Origin: an uncultured virus (IMG/VR IMGVR_UViG_3300025383_000020)
Taxonomy: Duplodnaviria > Heunggongvirae > Uroviricota > Caudoviricetes
Reading direction: 5' to 3' (one strand)
IMG/VR virus record: IMGVR_UViG_3300025383_000020
Length of the DNA stretch: 64,000 nucleotides
A program made the position numbers and the translations under genes. Positions 11,775-21,579 of the stretch are shown here, one piece after another. The notes below the pieces were generated by a model that was given only the letters and a program-made list of their open reading frames with translations, was not told the DNA's origin and made no database searches. The stretch's first letter is position 1. Every line of letters starts with the position of its first letter.

Positions 11775-13751
11775 ATGAAGGATATTATGTCAAGTAGGGG
11801 GGCGTTCGTCTCTCGTAAAGTGTCGTCAATGGGAGGAGCGGACAATGATACAAACGCCTCTTTATGGACTACGGTAAGGATCAATGCGCTAATTGAAGAA
11901 ATCGATAATGGACTTGATATAAAGGGACTGCACAGTTCTCCATTCAAAGACAATGACCTAAACCTAAAGCGGGCAGCGCTTCCATTTGAATACACTCCTG
12001 AAGAATTTGAAGAGCTTAAAAAGTGTAAAGAGGACATTATTTATTTTGCATACAATTATTGCTGCATACAAACACCTAAGGGAATTAAGCTGATAAAGGA
12101 AACGATGGGCCTTCGTGATTTTCAGGAACAGATCCTTGAGTCATTTAGCACAAACCGTCTTAATATTTTAATGGCAAGTCGTCAGATCGGTAAGTCGGTT
12201 ACTTCTGCTATTTTTATCCTTTGGTTTACCATGTTTAATCCTGAAAAGACTGCCCTAATCGTTGCCGATAACTTCAACACGACCAAGGAGCTATTAGATA
12301 AATTGAAGATAACTCTGGAGGGTCTACCTTTCTTTATGAAACCTGGAATAAAATTGATAAATTCCGGAAATATTAAATTTGACAACGACAGTCGTATTGT
12401 TGCAAGAACGACTACCAAAAAGTCAGGTATCGGTCTTACTGTTAACTTGCTCTATATGGACGAGTTTGCTCATATAGATTCTGCAAAGCTGGATGAATTT
12501 TATCGTGCAGTATTTCCAACCGTCACGGCAGACCCTAATGCAAAGGTTATCATAACATCTACACCAAATGGAAAGAACAAGTTCTATGATATATGGACTG
12601 ATGCGATTGAGCGTAGGAGTAACTACGTTCCGTTAAGAGTCGACTGGTGGCAGGTTCCAGGCAGGGATGAAAGGTGGAAAGAGGATACTATTGCGGATCT
12701 TGGCTCGATCGAAGACTTTAATCAGGAATATGGATTACAGTTCTTCTCGTCTGATCAATTGTTATTGGGATCAAATGAGCTAAAGAGACTCTATAACATG
12801 AAAGTCGAATACGTTAATACACAGTTTGCAGTAAACGATAACTTTCAACACATTAATGACTATTTTAAAATACATCCAAAGTATTCCAAATACTCAATAT
12901 CCGACCTTAAAGCAGATCGGTCAAACTATGTAGCGACGATAGATACTGCAGACGGAGTCGGCGGCGACTATTCAGTCATGAATATCTATCGATTAGTTGC
13001 TCTACCTGTAAATCTTCTATTGAAAAAGAAGGAGGCGATTCGCAATGAGCTTGATACCTTAGCTCTCGTGCAAGTTGCAACCTATCGAACGAATGAGCGA
13101 GACATCAACCAGTTTTCAGCAGATTGTGAACATATAGTGTATAAAATATTCAACCCTGAAAGGATCAGAATCGTACTTGAAGTGAATCATAAGGGAGAAA
13201 TTGTGCACAACATGATGTCATCAAATAACGATTATTGGCCGGGACAGTTTGTGCACACCAAGCACACAGAAATGGCAGTCGCTCCAAAATTAGGAGTAAG
13301 ACTTGGACCGACCAATAAAATCAAATACTGTGAACGATTTAAGTACACAGTTGCCGCAAACAAAATAATTCCTAATGAATACACGACTGTGATGGAATTA
13401 ATGGCATTTGGTAAATCAAAAGGAGGACAATACAGGGGACAGAACGGTAATGACGACCTTGCAATGACTTCAGTGACCATGACGACTTTCTTTGATTCTC
13501 CACAGTTTTGGGACATGGGAATTGACACATACGAATCAACTGCTCCAGAATATAGAAAGGAGATTGACGAAAAAATATTTAAAGTGTTTCGTGAAACGAA
13601 TCCCAAGAGTTTGTATGATTTTAATCAACTATCAAGTCTAAATGCTCCACGAGCATCAGACTCATCTGCCAACCCCGTAAAGCAAAATGTTTTCGATTTA
13701 AAATCGCTTGACGAATTTAAAAAATTACAAAGCCGATTTTTTAATCGTTAA
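11775..13751 (+). CDS. terL: terminase large subunit (T4 gp17-like)
   Basis: LRDFQ, ASRQIGKS Walker A, YMDEFA Walker B, STPNG, nuclease IDTADGVGGDYS and DDLAM. Confidence 0.95.
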   Translation: MKDIMSSRGAFVSRKVSSMGGADNDTNASLWTTVRINALIEEIDNGLDIKGLHSSPFKDNDLNLKRAALPFEYTPEEFEELKKCKEDIIYFAYNYCCIQTPKGIKLIKETMGLRDFQEQILESFSTNRLNILMASRQIGKSVTSAIFILWFTMFNPEKTALIVADNFNTTKELLDKLKITLEGLPFFMKPGIKLINSGNIKFDNDSRIVARTTTKKSGIGLTVNLLYMDEFAHIDSAKLDEFYRAVFPTVTADPNAKVIITSTPNGKNKFYDIWTDAIERRSNYVPLRVDWWQVPGRDERWKEDTIADLGSIEDFNQEYGLQFFSSDQLLLGSNELKRLYNMKVEYVNTQFAVNDNFQHINDYFKIHPKYSKYSISDLKADRSNYVATIDTADGVGGDYSVMNIYRLVALPVNLLLKKKEAIRNELDTLALVQVATYRTNERDINQFSADCEHIVYKIFNPERIRIVLEVNHKGEIVHNMMSSNNDYWPGQFVHTKHTEMAVAPKLGVRLGPTNKIKYCERFKYTVAANKIIPNEYTTVMELMAFGKSKGGQYRGQNGNDDLAMTSVTMTTFFDSPQFWDMGIDTYESTAPEYRKEIDEKIFKVFRETNPKSLYDFNQLSSLNAPRASDSSANPVKQNVFDLKSLDEFKKLQSRFFNR

Positions 13752-13791
13752 CTAATTATTAGTATCTTATAAAAGACTCGTACTACTTATT

Positions 13792-14091
13792 ATGAAATCA
13801 CTGGAATTTAGAGGAGACATAACTCTTGAAGAAGTTTTTAATGAACACAAAGCTGTTATATATGAAAGTGTTGTACATGCAATTCGTGATAATCTAAAAT
13901 TAAGCGAGCCTGAAGTACCAGTCATTAAAATCATAATAAATGAAATAGAGTATTCAATTAACTTAGGACACGAAAAGTTTCTTCGTTGCCTTGATCAGGC
14001 AATCGCTTTCTATGAGCAACTGGAGGAATATGAAAAATGTCAAGAGTGCTTAGAGATAAGCAATAACCTACGAAAAAAAGAGCTAGTTTAA
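13792..14091 (+). CDS. hypothetical protein with UvrB/C-like EEYEKC motif
   Basis: YEQLEEYEKCQE. Confidence 0.55.
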   Translation: MKSLEFRGDITLEEVFNEHKAVIYESVVHAIRDNLKLSEPEVPVIKIIINEIEYSINLGHEKFLRCLDQAIAFYEQLEEYEKCQECLEISNNLRKKELV

Positions 14092-14094
14092 TAT

Positions 14095-14721
14095 ATGGGA
14101 TATGAGAAAATTAATCTGATCAACAACGCAAGAATCCAAGAAATTTCAGAAAAACTACTAACCAGCGAAATAACAGAAAGAGAAAGAAACGAATTAGCAA
14201 CTCTAATCTCTCCAAAGCTTAAAAACTTCATCTGGAAATTCTGTAGAAATGAATTTGATACTGAGGAATCTCTTCAGTGGACTCTAAAAAAGATCTTCAA
14301 AAACGCTTCGCAATTCGATTTTAGTAAAGGCAGGTTTACTACCTGGATATACACGATTGCAAGAAACGAAACCTTGTATTACCTACATTACAAGAAGAAG
14401 AGCTCGGTGCAAGACATAGACGCTCACTATTCTGTTCAAGAAAGAATAGCAGATGATGGGTCTATTATTGAAAGCAAAAAATTACTGGATGACATTTATG
14501 ATGTTGTCGTCCATGAGATCAATCAAATAGAGGATGACCTCTTAAGATCCATTGCAGTTGATAAAATGCTACTTAACAAGAAAGTAAAGCAGATCGCAAG
14601 TGATTATGAGCTAAATGAGAACACCGTTAAAACTAAACTGCGTAAGATACGTTACGATGTTCGATTAGCTGTACTCAAGGGAAATCCACAACTTGAGCAA
14701 AAAATACAAGACTTATTATGA
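14095..14721 (+). CDS. ECF-like RNA polymerase sigma factor
   Basis: region 2 FDFSKGRFTTWIYTIARN; region 4 KQIA...NENTVKTKL. Confidence 0.85.
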   Translation: MGYEKINLINNARIQEISEKLLTSEITERERNELATLISPKLKNFIWKFCRNEFDTEESLQWTLKKIFKNASQFDFSKGRFTTWIYTIARNETLYYLHYKKKSSVQDIDAHYSVQERIADDGSIIESKKLLDDIYDVVVHEINQIEDDLLRSIAVDKMLLNKKVKQIASDYELNENTVKTKLRKIRYDVRLAVLKGNPQLEQKIQDLL

Positions 14722-15185
14722 AAATCAAAGACGTTAATCCGAAAAAGGTCTATCAGGATCTTATTGATTGTGTAACTGAACTCAAACATCACCAAAAGTA
14801 CAAGAAAATTATTTTTGGCTTACAGGAGAGTAAAAAGCTCGAAGAAGTCGGTCTTTCCGTTGATGAAGATGCCAATATGTATATTGGAGTCAATCTTAAT
14901 CCTGAAATGCTTATGTACACTGATACTGCAAAGGAATCAGTCGAGCTGAGACTAATCTCTGAAAAAATGAAAAAGTACACCGAATTTCTTACACAGGAGG
15001 GCATACTTGATTCAATTAAAATGGATTACGACCGAATCCAAACTGCAGACTTTTACGGATACGTTCTGCAAATAACGTTTGACTACAAAAAATACTCAAA
15101 GAAAAAGTTTAATTTTTCGATCGGCTATTTCGCTGTGATCACTTTACTTGTGATCCTTGGACTTGCATTTGCTATACACAGATAA
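14718..15185 (+). CDS. hypothetical membrane-anchored protein
   Basis: C-terminal hydrophobic helix. Confidence 0.6.
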   Translation: MKIKDVNPKKVYQDLIDCVTELKHHQKYKKIIFGLQESKKLEEVGLSVDEDANMYIGVNLNPEMLMYTDTAKESVELRLISEKMKKYTEFLTQEGILDSIKMDYDRIQTADFYGYVLQITFDYKKYSKKKFNFSIGYFAVITLLVILGLAFAIHR

Positions 15186-15223
15186 CGATCTGTTACTAAA
15201 ATAAATAACTAAAAGAGCAACTT

Positions 15224-15577
15224 ATGAAAAACATAATTGACTTATTAAAGCTTCATGTTTGGAAAGTAACAACTGTTATTTTCCTTTTGCTGTTTCTATC
15301 AAAAGGCTGCACCAGCAACAAGGTGACTAAGCTAGAGAAGGATTACGATTCAAAAACCCTTGTTCTTGAGAGAAAGATTGACTCACTGCAGACCAAATTG
15401 GACAAGATGCCAACTACTGATCAGGTAAAGGATGCAATGGAAAAGGTGATGTTTGACTACTTGGTATATTCTGAAAAGTCAGATGCAAAGAAGGCAAGTC
15501 TATCAGACATAAAAAAGAGTCTGTCTGAGATAAAAAATAAGATGACGGCAAAGGATGAATTGGATAGAAAAAAATAA
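15224..15577 (+). CDS. putative lipoprotein, coiled-coil (spanin-like?)
   Basis: signal peptide with LSKGC lipobox-like site. Confidence 0.45.
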   Translation: MKNIIDLLKLHVWKVTTVIFLLLFLSKGCTSNKVTKLEKDYDSKTLVLERKIDSLQTKLDKMPTTDQVKDAMEKVMFDYLVYSEKSDAKKASLSDIKKSLSEIKNKMTAKDELDRKK

Positions 15578-16211
15578 GAACTCGTTAATTCGATCGGCCT
15601 TTTTAATTCCAATACTTGCAGTTGCGGCAATATCAATATCTCACGTAGTTAGCTGGTACGGTCTTGCCAATCCAGTAAGCTGGGCAATTTACTTATCGGT
15701 TGCCGTTGAAATAGCGGCAATGTCAGCAATTGCAGCAGCCTCAGTAAGAGTTAAGGGCTTTTCTGTGTGGTTTGTTTTTATCATCGTTACCCTAATTCAA
15801 TTCATAGGTAACATCTACTTTAGCTACTCTCACATCGACGTTGCGTCTACCTCTTTTAAAGACTGGTCAGATCTGACTACTCCGATTATTGAATCGATGG
15901 GAAGCGACATAAGTGATCTTATTGCACAAAGAAGGTTACTTTCCATCCTCGAAGGCGGACTACTTCCGTTAATCTCTCTTACGTGCTTACATTTCTTCAT
16001 TAGTTATGAATCTAGAGAAGAGGTTAAGCCGACTCCAGATTCACAATACATTCCAGAAGAGACGCAAAGTCAGCCGGATCCAGTCGTAGAATCTGAACCG
16101 ATTACTGAACTTGCTGAACCAGTTGAGGAAGTTGCTGACCCTGAGCCCAAGAAAGGACTGGATTATACTCGATTGAGCCATACTATGAAAAAAATATTCA
16201 ATAATGATTGA
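15555..16211 (+). CDS. multi-pass membrane protein
   Basis: 3-4 hydrophobic helices, acidic tail. Confidence 0.6.
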   Translation: MNWIEKNKNSLIRSAFLIPILAVAAISISHVVSWYGLANPVSWAIYLSVAVEIAAMSAIAAASVRVKGFSVWFVFIIVTLIQFIGNIYFSYSHIDVASTSFKDWSDLTTPIIESMGSDISDLIAQRRLLSILEGGLLPLISLTCLHFFISYESREEVKPTPDSQYIPEETQSQPDPVVESEPITELAEPVEEVADPEPKKGLDYTRLSHTMKKIFNND

Positions 16212-16734
16212 TCTTACCACAATTTGTGATTGTTGCGGCGGTGCTCAACAAGACATACTGCAGCTATTCAATGACCTATGTTTTAAAATAATTAGCGGCT
16301 CGTCAACATCTGATGACTTTTGCATGAACGATTTTGCTTTTCCAGTAGACGGAAATACATGCGTCAGAACAAATGTTGACGCAAACGGTGGAGAGATCAC
16401 AATATTCGATAATGGACTTGACCAACACTCGCCAAGTTCAACGCTGGCTAGTGGACAACTTTATGCTCGTGGAATACTTTTAAAAGTGATCTATCCTACC
16501 TCTGATGCAAATGGCGAAACAATAGACATAACTACAAAGAATTCAGTGTTGACCATACAAAATGGTTCAACTTTGACTGATGTTGAGTATCCTTTGTACA
16601 ATTTCTTTGCGATGTTTACTAATCCCAAATCTAATCAGACGAGTCAAGTAATAAATAAAATAAAGATCTCGAACCCAAGCTCTAGTTTTAAAATTAGAGT
16701 AGTGGCTCTGGTCTTATTAGGACAAGCTAACTAA
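16204..16734 (+). CDS. hypothetical (probable virion) protein
   Basis: ORF in coupled operon. Confidence 0.55.
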   Translation: MIDLTTICDCCGGAQQDILQLFNDLCFKIISGSSTSDDFCMNDFAFPVDGNTCVRTNVDANGGEITIFDNGLDQHSPSSTLASGQLYARGILLKVIYPTSDANGETIDITTKNSVLTIQNGSTLTDVEYPLYNFFAMFTNPKSNQTSQVINKIKISNPSSSFKIRVVALVLLGQAN

Positions 16735-16748
16735 AAAAACAGAAAACG

Positions 16749-17174
16749 ATGCTAGAGAGCGGCACAGAACTAATAACCCTAGTCCACAACACGGATTATT
16801 CACCGACATTTGTAAGTACAGATAAAAGACTTCCCAAAGGCCAACCGACTTCGTTAGGCTACTACCAAATAGGAGCAACTCAACAATATGGAGCGGCAAA
16901 GGGACCTATTTTTAAAATAGAATTTGTTGACATATCTGGAATCGGTGCAGGTTCAACTCACGTAAAAATATGGGGAATCGATACTCCGGATGACTCAACT
17001 CTTGCTCCACTATATCCTGTTTCTTATTTGACTTCAGGAAATGGATTACACAGCACAATTCCAGTGTACCTTAAAAAGTTTTTGTTTTGCAACTCTTCTG
17101 GAGTAATGCAAACTCCTTCTGGTGCTTATACTGTCGTTGGATATAAGAGAAAATCAATGCAAACCGTTTGGTAA
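16749..17174 (+). CDS. hypothetical protein
   Basis: ORF in operon. Confidence 0.55.
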   Translation: MLESGTELITLVHNTDYSPTFVSTDKRLPKGQPTSLGYYQIGATQQYGAAKGPIFKIEFVDISGIGAGSTHVKIWGIDTPDDSTLAPLYPVSYLTSGNGLHSTIPVYLKKFLFCNSSGVMQTPSGAYTVVGYKRKSMQTVW

Positions 17175-17638
17175 TGAAGAACTTCGTATACGAAAATTAT
17201 ATTTCTCCTTTAGTAAACCGCGGTGATTTCACCAGGGGAATTCCATTTTATGGAACTAAGGGCGATTTTAATTTTACGATGGGTCGAAGCCAATTCACTC
17301 CAGGAATCTCTATAAAGCAGGTACCTCTTCAAGATCTGTCAGTCCGAGGCGACTCAGGCTTCACTGAGCTCGATATGAGTATCAATAAGCTAAAGAAATA
17401 TTTTAAGCCTGGAGATAGAGTAAGGGGCATCCTGATTAATTCTCAATTAGGAGAGGATGCTGGCACAATGGTCGTCGGTAAATTACTAAAGATCCAACCA
17501 GACTATGCAAATCAGGCAATCCGTGCCTGGATCAAAAATCCCAAGACTCTTAAGTCACAGGAGATCTACATTGAAACGATTGAAAAGGTTTACGAAGGCT
17601 TTAGAGCGCTTTCATTCACTCAATTCGTAAATTCCTAA
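17168..17638 (+). CDS. hypothetical protein, SH3/KOW-like C-half
   Basis: FKPGDRVRG; likely start 17174. Confidence 0.5.
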   Translation: MVMKNFVYENYISPLVNRGDFTRGIPFYGTKGDFNFTMGRSQFTPGISIKQVPLQDLSVRGDSGFTELDMSINKLKKYFKPGDRVRGILINSQLGEDAGTMVVGKLLKIQPDYANQAIRAWIKNPKTLKSQEIYIETIEKVYEGFRALSFTQFVNS

Positions 17639-17707
17639 TCCGCTTACTTAATTTTATTGAAACCTATACTCTTATCTTCGTTATAAGATTAAAAAAATGG
17701 GTAACCC

Positions 17708-18709
17708 ATGCAAACAATTGACGACTCTGTAGCAAAGGAAATGCTAGAAGAGCAAGATCGAATTCACGGAATTAACGGGAAAGACGACACAGTAACCGAA
17801 ACTATAAAAGAAAGTGAACCTGTCACAAGTCTAGGCAAAGCCCCTAGCTATTCTCCTGTTCAGGAGTCAGCGTTTGGTGAATCTCCTTGGAAGATACTTA
17901 ACCTAAATCTTCTTCCATCACAGGGATTGTTTTATCCAGAAGACGCTGAACTCTTAATTAGATCAGCAAAGGTAAAAGAAATTAGACACTGGTCTACAAT
18001 CGATGAATCCGATCCAGTAGACGTTAGAGAAAAGATCAACCTAATACTCAATTCTTGTACCAAATTTAGAGTAAAAGGAAGCAATACTCCACTAAACATA
18101 AATGATTTTTTGGAAGTAGACCGATATCACATACTCTTTAGAATATACGAACTCACATTTCCTAATCAGGAAAACAAGCTTTGGGCATACATCAAGTGTG
18201 AAAATCCAACCTGTAATCACACAAATAAGACCCAGGTAACAAGTCAAAATTTGGCAGGCTTTAAGTACCCATCTGAATTGATGAAATGGTATTCACCAGC
18301 AGATAGATGCTTTGTTATTAGATCTGAAAAGCTTAACGACACATTCAATCTCTATTTACCTAATTTGGGAATGTCTTCAAAGTTTAGACTTAAGAGGAGA
18401 TCAGAAGAGAAACTGGGTTCTGAGATTGATCAGGCATTCTATGAGTATGGTCCATATCTCACAAGGGACTGGAGAAGAGAAGATCTTAACTCTCTCACCG
18501 ACATCAAGTTCAAATCACTAAATTGGCACGAAAATAAGTTCGTATTCATCCATAAGTTTACAAAGCAATTGGAGGATGCCAGCCTAAATAGAGCGGTGTG
18601 TCTTTGCGAAAAGTGCAAGACCGTAACTGAGAGCGCCATTTTTTTGGGAGGAAGCTTCACTGTCAAAGATATTTTCATTATTTCAGCTGGACTTGATGAA
18701 CTTATTTGA
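17708..18709 (+). CDS. baseplate hub assembly chaperone (T4 gp26-like)
   Basis: LPSQGLFYP, IRSAKVKE, DRYHILFRI, CxxxxC and CxxC. Confidence 0.65.
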   Translation: MQTIDDSVAKEMLEEQDRIHGINGKDDTVTETIKESEPVTSLGKAPSYSPVQESAFGESPWKILNLNLLPSQGLFYPEDAELLIRSAKVKEIRHWSTIDESDPVDVREKINLILNSCTKFRVKGSNTPLNINDFLEVDRYHILFRIYELTFPNQENKLWAYIKCENPTCNHTNKTQVTSQNLAGFKYPSELMKWYSPADRCFVIRSEKLNDTFNLYLPNLGMSSKFRLKRRSEEKLGSEIDQAFYEYGPYLTRDWRREDLNSLTDIKFKSLNWHENKFVFIHKFTKQLEDASLNRAVCLCEKCKTVTESAIFLGGSFTVKDIFIISAGLDELI

Positions 18710-18905
18710 GCTTAATGCTCGGATGGCGGTGAAGCTTGGACAATCGTTCGATACGCTGTACAATCTTGAATACATGGAGTATTCTTACCTATTCAACATT
18801 ATTAAAAAGGACCTTGAAGAGAAGCTAGAGGATAAGCCCTCAATAGAGTCTATGCCAAGCTCTCCTATTGCTGTGAATCTTCCACCGCACCTAAAGCTAA
18901 AATAA
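18693..18905 (+). CDS. gp51-like small hub assembly protein
   Basis: ~70 aa overlapping gp26-like gene; SFDTLYNLEYMEY. Confidence 0.45.
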   Translation: MMNLFELNARMAVKLGQSFDTLYNLEYMEYSYLFNIIKKDLEEKLEDKPSIESMPSSPIAVNLPPHLKLK

Positions 18906-18927
18906 ATAACAAAAAGATTAGTGTTTA

Positions 18928-20553
18928 GTGGGCGATAAACTTAAAAAATTCATAGACCTATTTGCTAAGGAAGCTGCAAATAGAGTAGAAATAGCTTCGA
19001 CTAATCTTGAAACCTACAAGAAGGCTAAGGCCGAAGCTTTGAAATTTACTACTCCAGTAAACGCGACTTACCCTACTCTTGGAAGCCTAATCAAAGATCT
19101 TTTTCCTGAAGCCGGCGGTGTTGATAATTCATTATTCCGCGATTTATACACAAGTCTTTTGCTAGACAAAGAAGACAAGTCAGCTGTTTCTTCTCTTTTT
19201 AAAATTAAGGACGCTCCGATTCAATATAAGAACGAACTTGCTATTCAAAACCTAGGTGGAGAAGCCTACTTTAATTCTGTGATGAGATCAATAGGCTCAG
19301 AACTCATCAAAGCAGACCTGAAATTTGATAAGTTAGTTGAGTCAGTAAAAGTGGGCAAACCGGATGGCGATCTTGCTGAATTTATAGAAGATGCAATTGG
19401 AAAGTCTGGAGGTCACTATCTTGGCAAAATATTAAACTCTGCTGAGTTTTACGATGCTTTACTTGAAAATGGAGATCCAGTTGGTAAAAAGGAAGCTAAA
19501 CCTACAAGTCCAGTAAATCAACCGATTGAACAGGTCAAAGAAAAAACAAAGGCTCCAATAAATGAATTTGAGCCTGTGGCCAAGCCGATAACTCAAAGTT
19601 CTGCAGTCAATCCTGAAAAAGGGGAAACCTCAAATCAAACTGAAGTTTCGACATTGACCGGCTCAGTAACAACTACGCCAGTTAAATTACCTACTGAATC
19701 GACTGTGCCTGAGTCTGGGACAACAGTCAATCTAAACCTTGAATCTAAAGAAACTCCAGCAATATCCTCTCCAATCAATACAAGTCAATCGAATGTTTCA
19801 AATGTTGTAAACAATAGCTCTACGATTACCTCAAATGCATTGAACTCAATCAAAAATGTAGAAGGCAATACGACAAAAGAGAACACTGAATCGGCTACTA
19901 CAAATAATTCGATTAACTCTAAGTCAGAGTCAAGTGATAAGCAATCATATAGGGAAATTAGAGACGCTATGGCTTACCTTGAAAAGATAACCAAGACCTC
20001 AACGACCAATAACACATTAAACTCAAAAACAAACAAAAAAGAAAAGTCAGTTGAAAAAGTCTCAGCAAATACGGAGACATCTCCGATCAATGAAGAAAGC
20101 AAAGAGAGTGAGGAGTTAGTTGATTCTAATGAATTGGCGCAAGCCAAGTTTGATGCTCTAACCAATTATGTAAATCAATATGATAAAATGAACAAAGAAG
20201 AGTCAACTGAAGTTAAGTCAGAGGCTATACCGACCCTTCAACCTAAATCAAAGGATATGACTGAAGTGGTAAAGACAGCACCAAGCATTCCAAATAAACC
20301 CGCATCTCAAATTAAAGAAAAAGAGAGCACAACCTCACTAAATACTTCAGAAACATCAAATAATACTGGAGTATCTATGGTAGAGAAAAATACAGAGTCC
20401 AGATCAACGGTTACCGATAAGGTAACAGAAAGCAGTAATTCGACTGCTGCGCCTCAATCTATAAACATTGATATGAGCGAGGTCGCGCATAGATTGGCCA
20501 GATTAGAACATGTATTGACTGGAACACTTGAAGTAAAAATAGTAGAATCATGA
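18928..20553 (+). CDS. Ser/Thr/Glu-rich low-complexity protein
   Basis: 541-aa ORF after ATAAATA. Confidence 0.6.
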   Translation: MGDKLKKFIDLFAKEAANRVEIASTNLETYKKAKAEALKFTTPVNATYPTLGSLIKDLFPEAGGVDNSLFRDLYTSLLLDKEDKSAVSSLFKIKDAPIQYKNELAIQNLGGEAYFNSVMRSIGSELIKADLKFDKLVESVKVGKPDGDLAEFIEDAIGKSGGHYLGKILNSAEFYDALLENGDPVGKKEAKPTSPVNQPIEQVKEKTKAPINEFEPVAKPITQSSAVNPEKGETSNQTEVSTLTGSVTTTPVKLPTESTVPESGTTVNLNLESKETPAISSPINTSQSNVSNVVNNSSTITSNALNSIKNVEGNTTKENTESATTNNSINSKSESSDKQSYREIRDAMAYLEKITKTSTTNNTLNSKTNKKEKSVEKVSANTETSPINEESKESEELVDSNELAQAKFDALTNYVNQYDKMNKEESTEVKSEAIPTLQPKSKDMTEVVKTAPSIPNKPASQIKEKESTTSLNTSETSNNTGVSMVEKNTESRSTVTDKVTESSNSTAAPQSINIDMSEVAHRLARLEHVLTGTLEVKIVES

Positions 20554-20801
20554 TAACCACAACTGAAAAACAAAACATCGTTAATATTTACAAAAAATAC
20601 GGTGTAATACACGATAAGCTGACTGAATTGTCAAATGCTGCTGCGTCAATTGAAATGGCACGGACGAAGTTGAGTCAGGAACTTGAGGATATTCGAAACA
20701 GTGAACGTGAGTTAATAAATAAAATAGAGAAAGAGTCTGGTATAAAGCTAGGCCAAGCTGAACTTCTTGAAATAATTAAATATGATGGAAACGAAGGATA
20801 A
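20550..20801 (+). CDS. small coiled-coil protein
   Basis: ORF, coupled. Confidence 0.55.
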   Translation: MITTTEKQNIVNIYKKYGVIHDKLTELSNAAASIEMARTKLSQELEDIRNSERELINKIEKESGIKLGQAELLEIIKYDGNEG

Positions 20802-21579
20802 ATTTTATCTAGCCTTTATCGGAATCCTTATAGTAATTCTTCTTTGGCTTTCATGGAGGGTCGAAGCGGTAAAGTCTGCTGGTGCAAGCCAAGCCGATGA
20901 ACTTAAGAGATCAATTATCGCATCCGACTCGCTAGTCAAAGAAGCAAACGGTCGATACGCTAAACTTGAAGACTATTATAAAAGCGAGAGGGATCTAACT
21001 CTTGAACTTAAGAATTCAAATAGAGACTTGTACAATACTATTATGAGTCAGGGTGAGAGAATACTCAACCTAACTTCTTCTGTCATATCTCTAAAGGGAG
21101 AAGTATCTAATGGATTCGGTAAATTCAACCCGGCAGATTCAAGCCAAATCGGATTAGCTCTTAAATATCCAGAAGAAAAGGACCCATTCATAAAGTGGGA
21201 CGGATTCATCAATAAAAACACGGCTAGCTATCGAGGCAATTGGTCTTTTGGTAAGCTGCCTATACAAATAGTGGTCACTGAAGACAAGAGAGGACTTTGG
21301 AAAAACCGAATAGTTGGGCCAGACTGGTTAATAATTGATTCTTTACAAGTTAATAGTTTACCTCCAGATAAGTATGTTCCAGAAGTAGAGAAAAAAATTG
21401 AATTTATATTGGGAGCAAGCTACTCTAAGCCTATTTTCACTAGGGATCTAGGAACTCTTGGAATTGCTGGTGGAATCTCAATACTAAGTCAGCACAATCT
21501 CATGCTTACTCTAAATACTAGAGAAGAAGTTGGACTTGCTTACTACTATAAGTTTAAATCAATCAAGAAGAATAAATGA
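20782..21579 (+). CDS. membrane-anchored coiled-coil protein
   Basis: N-terminal TM helix then coiled coil. Confidence 0.55.
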   Translation: MMETKDKFYLAFIGILIVILLWLSWRVEAVKSAGASQADELKRSIIASDSLVKEANGRYAKLEDYYKSERDLTLELKNSNRDLYNTIMSQGERILNLTSSVISLKGEVSNGFGKFNPADSSQIGLALKYPEEKDPFIKWDGFINKNTASYRGNWSFGKLPIQIVVTEDKRGLWKNRIVGPDWLIIDSLQVNSLPPDKYVPEVEKKIEFILGASYSKPIFTRDLGTLGIAGGISILSQHNLMLTLNTREEVGLAYYYKFKSIKKNK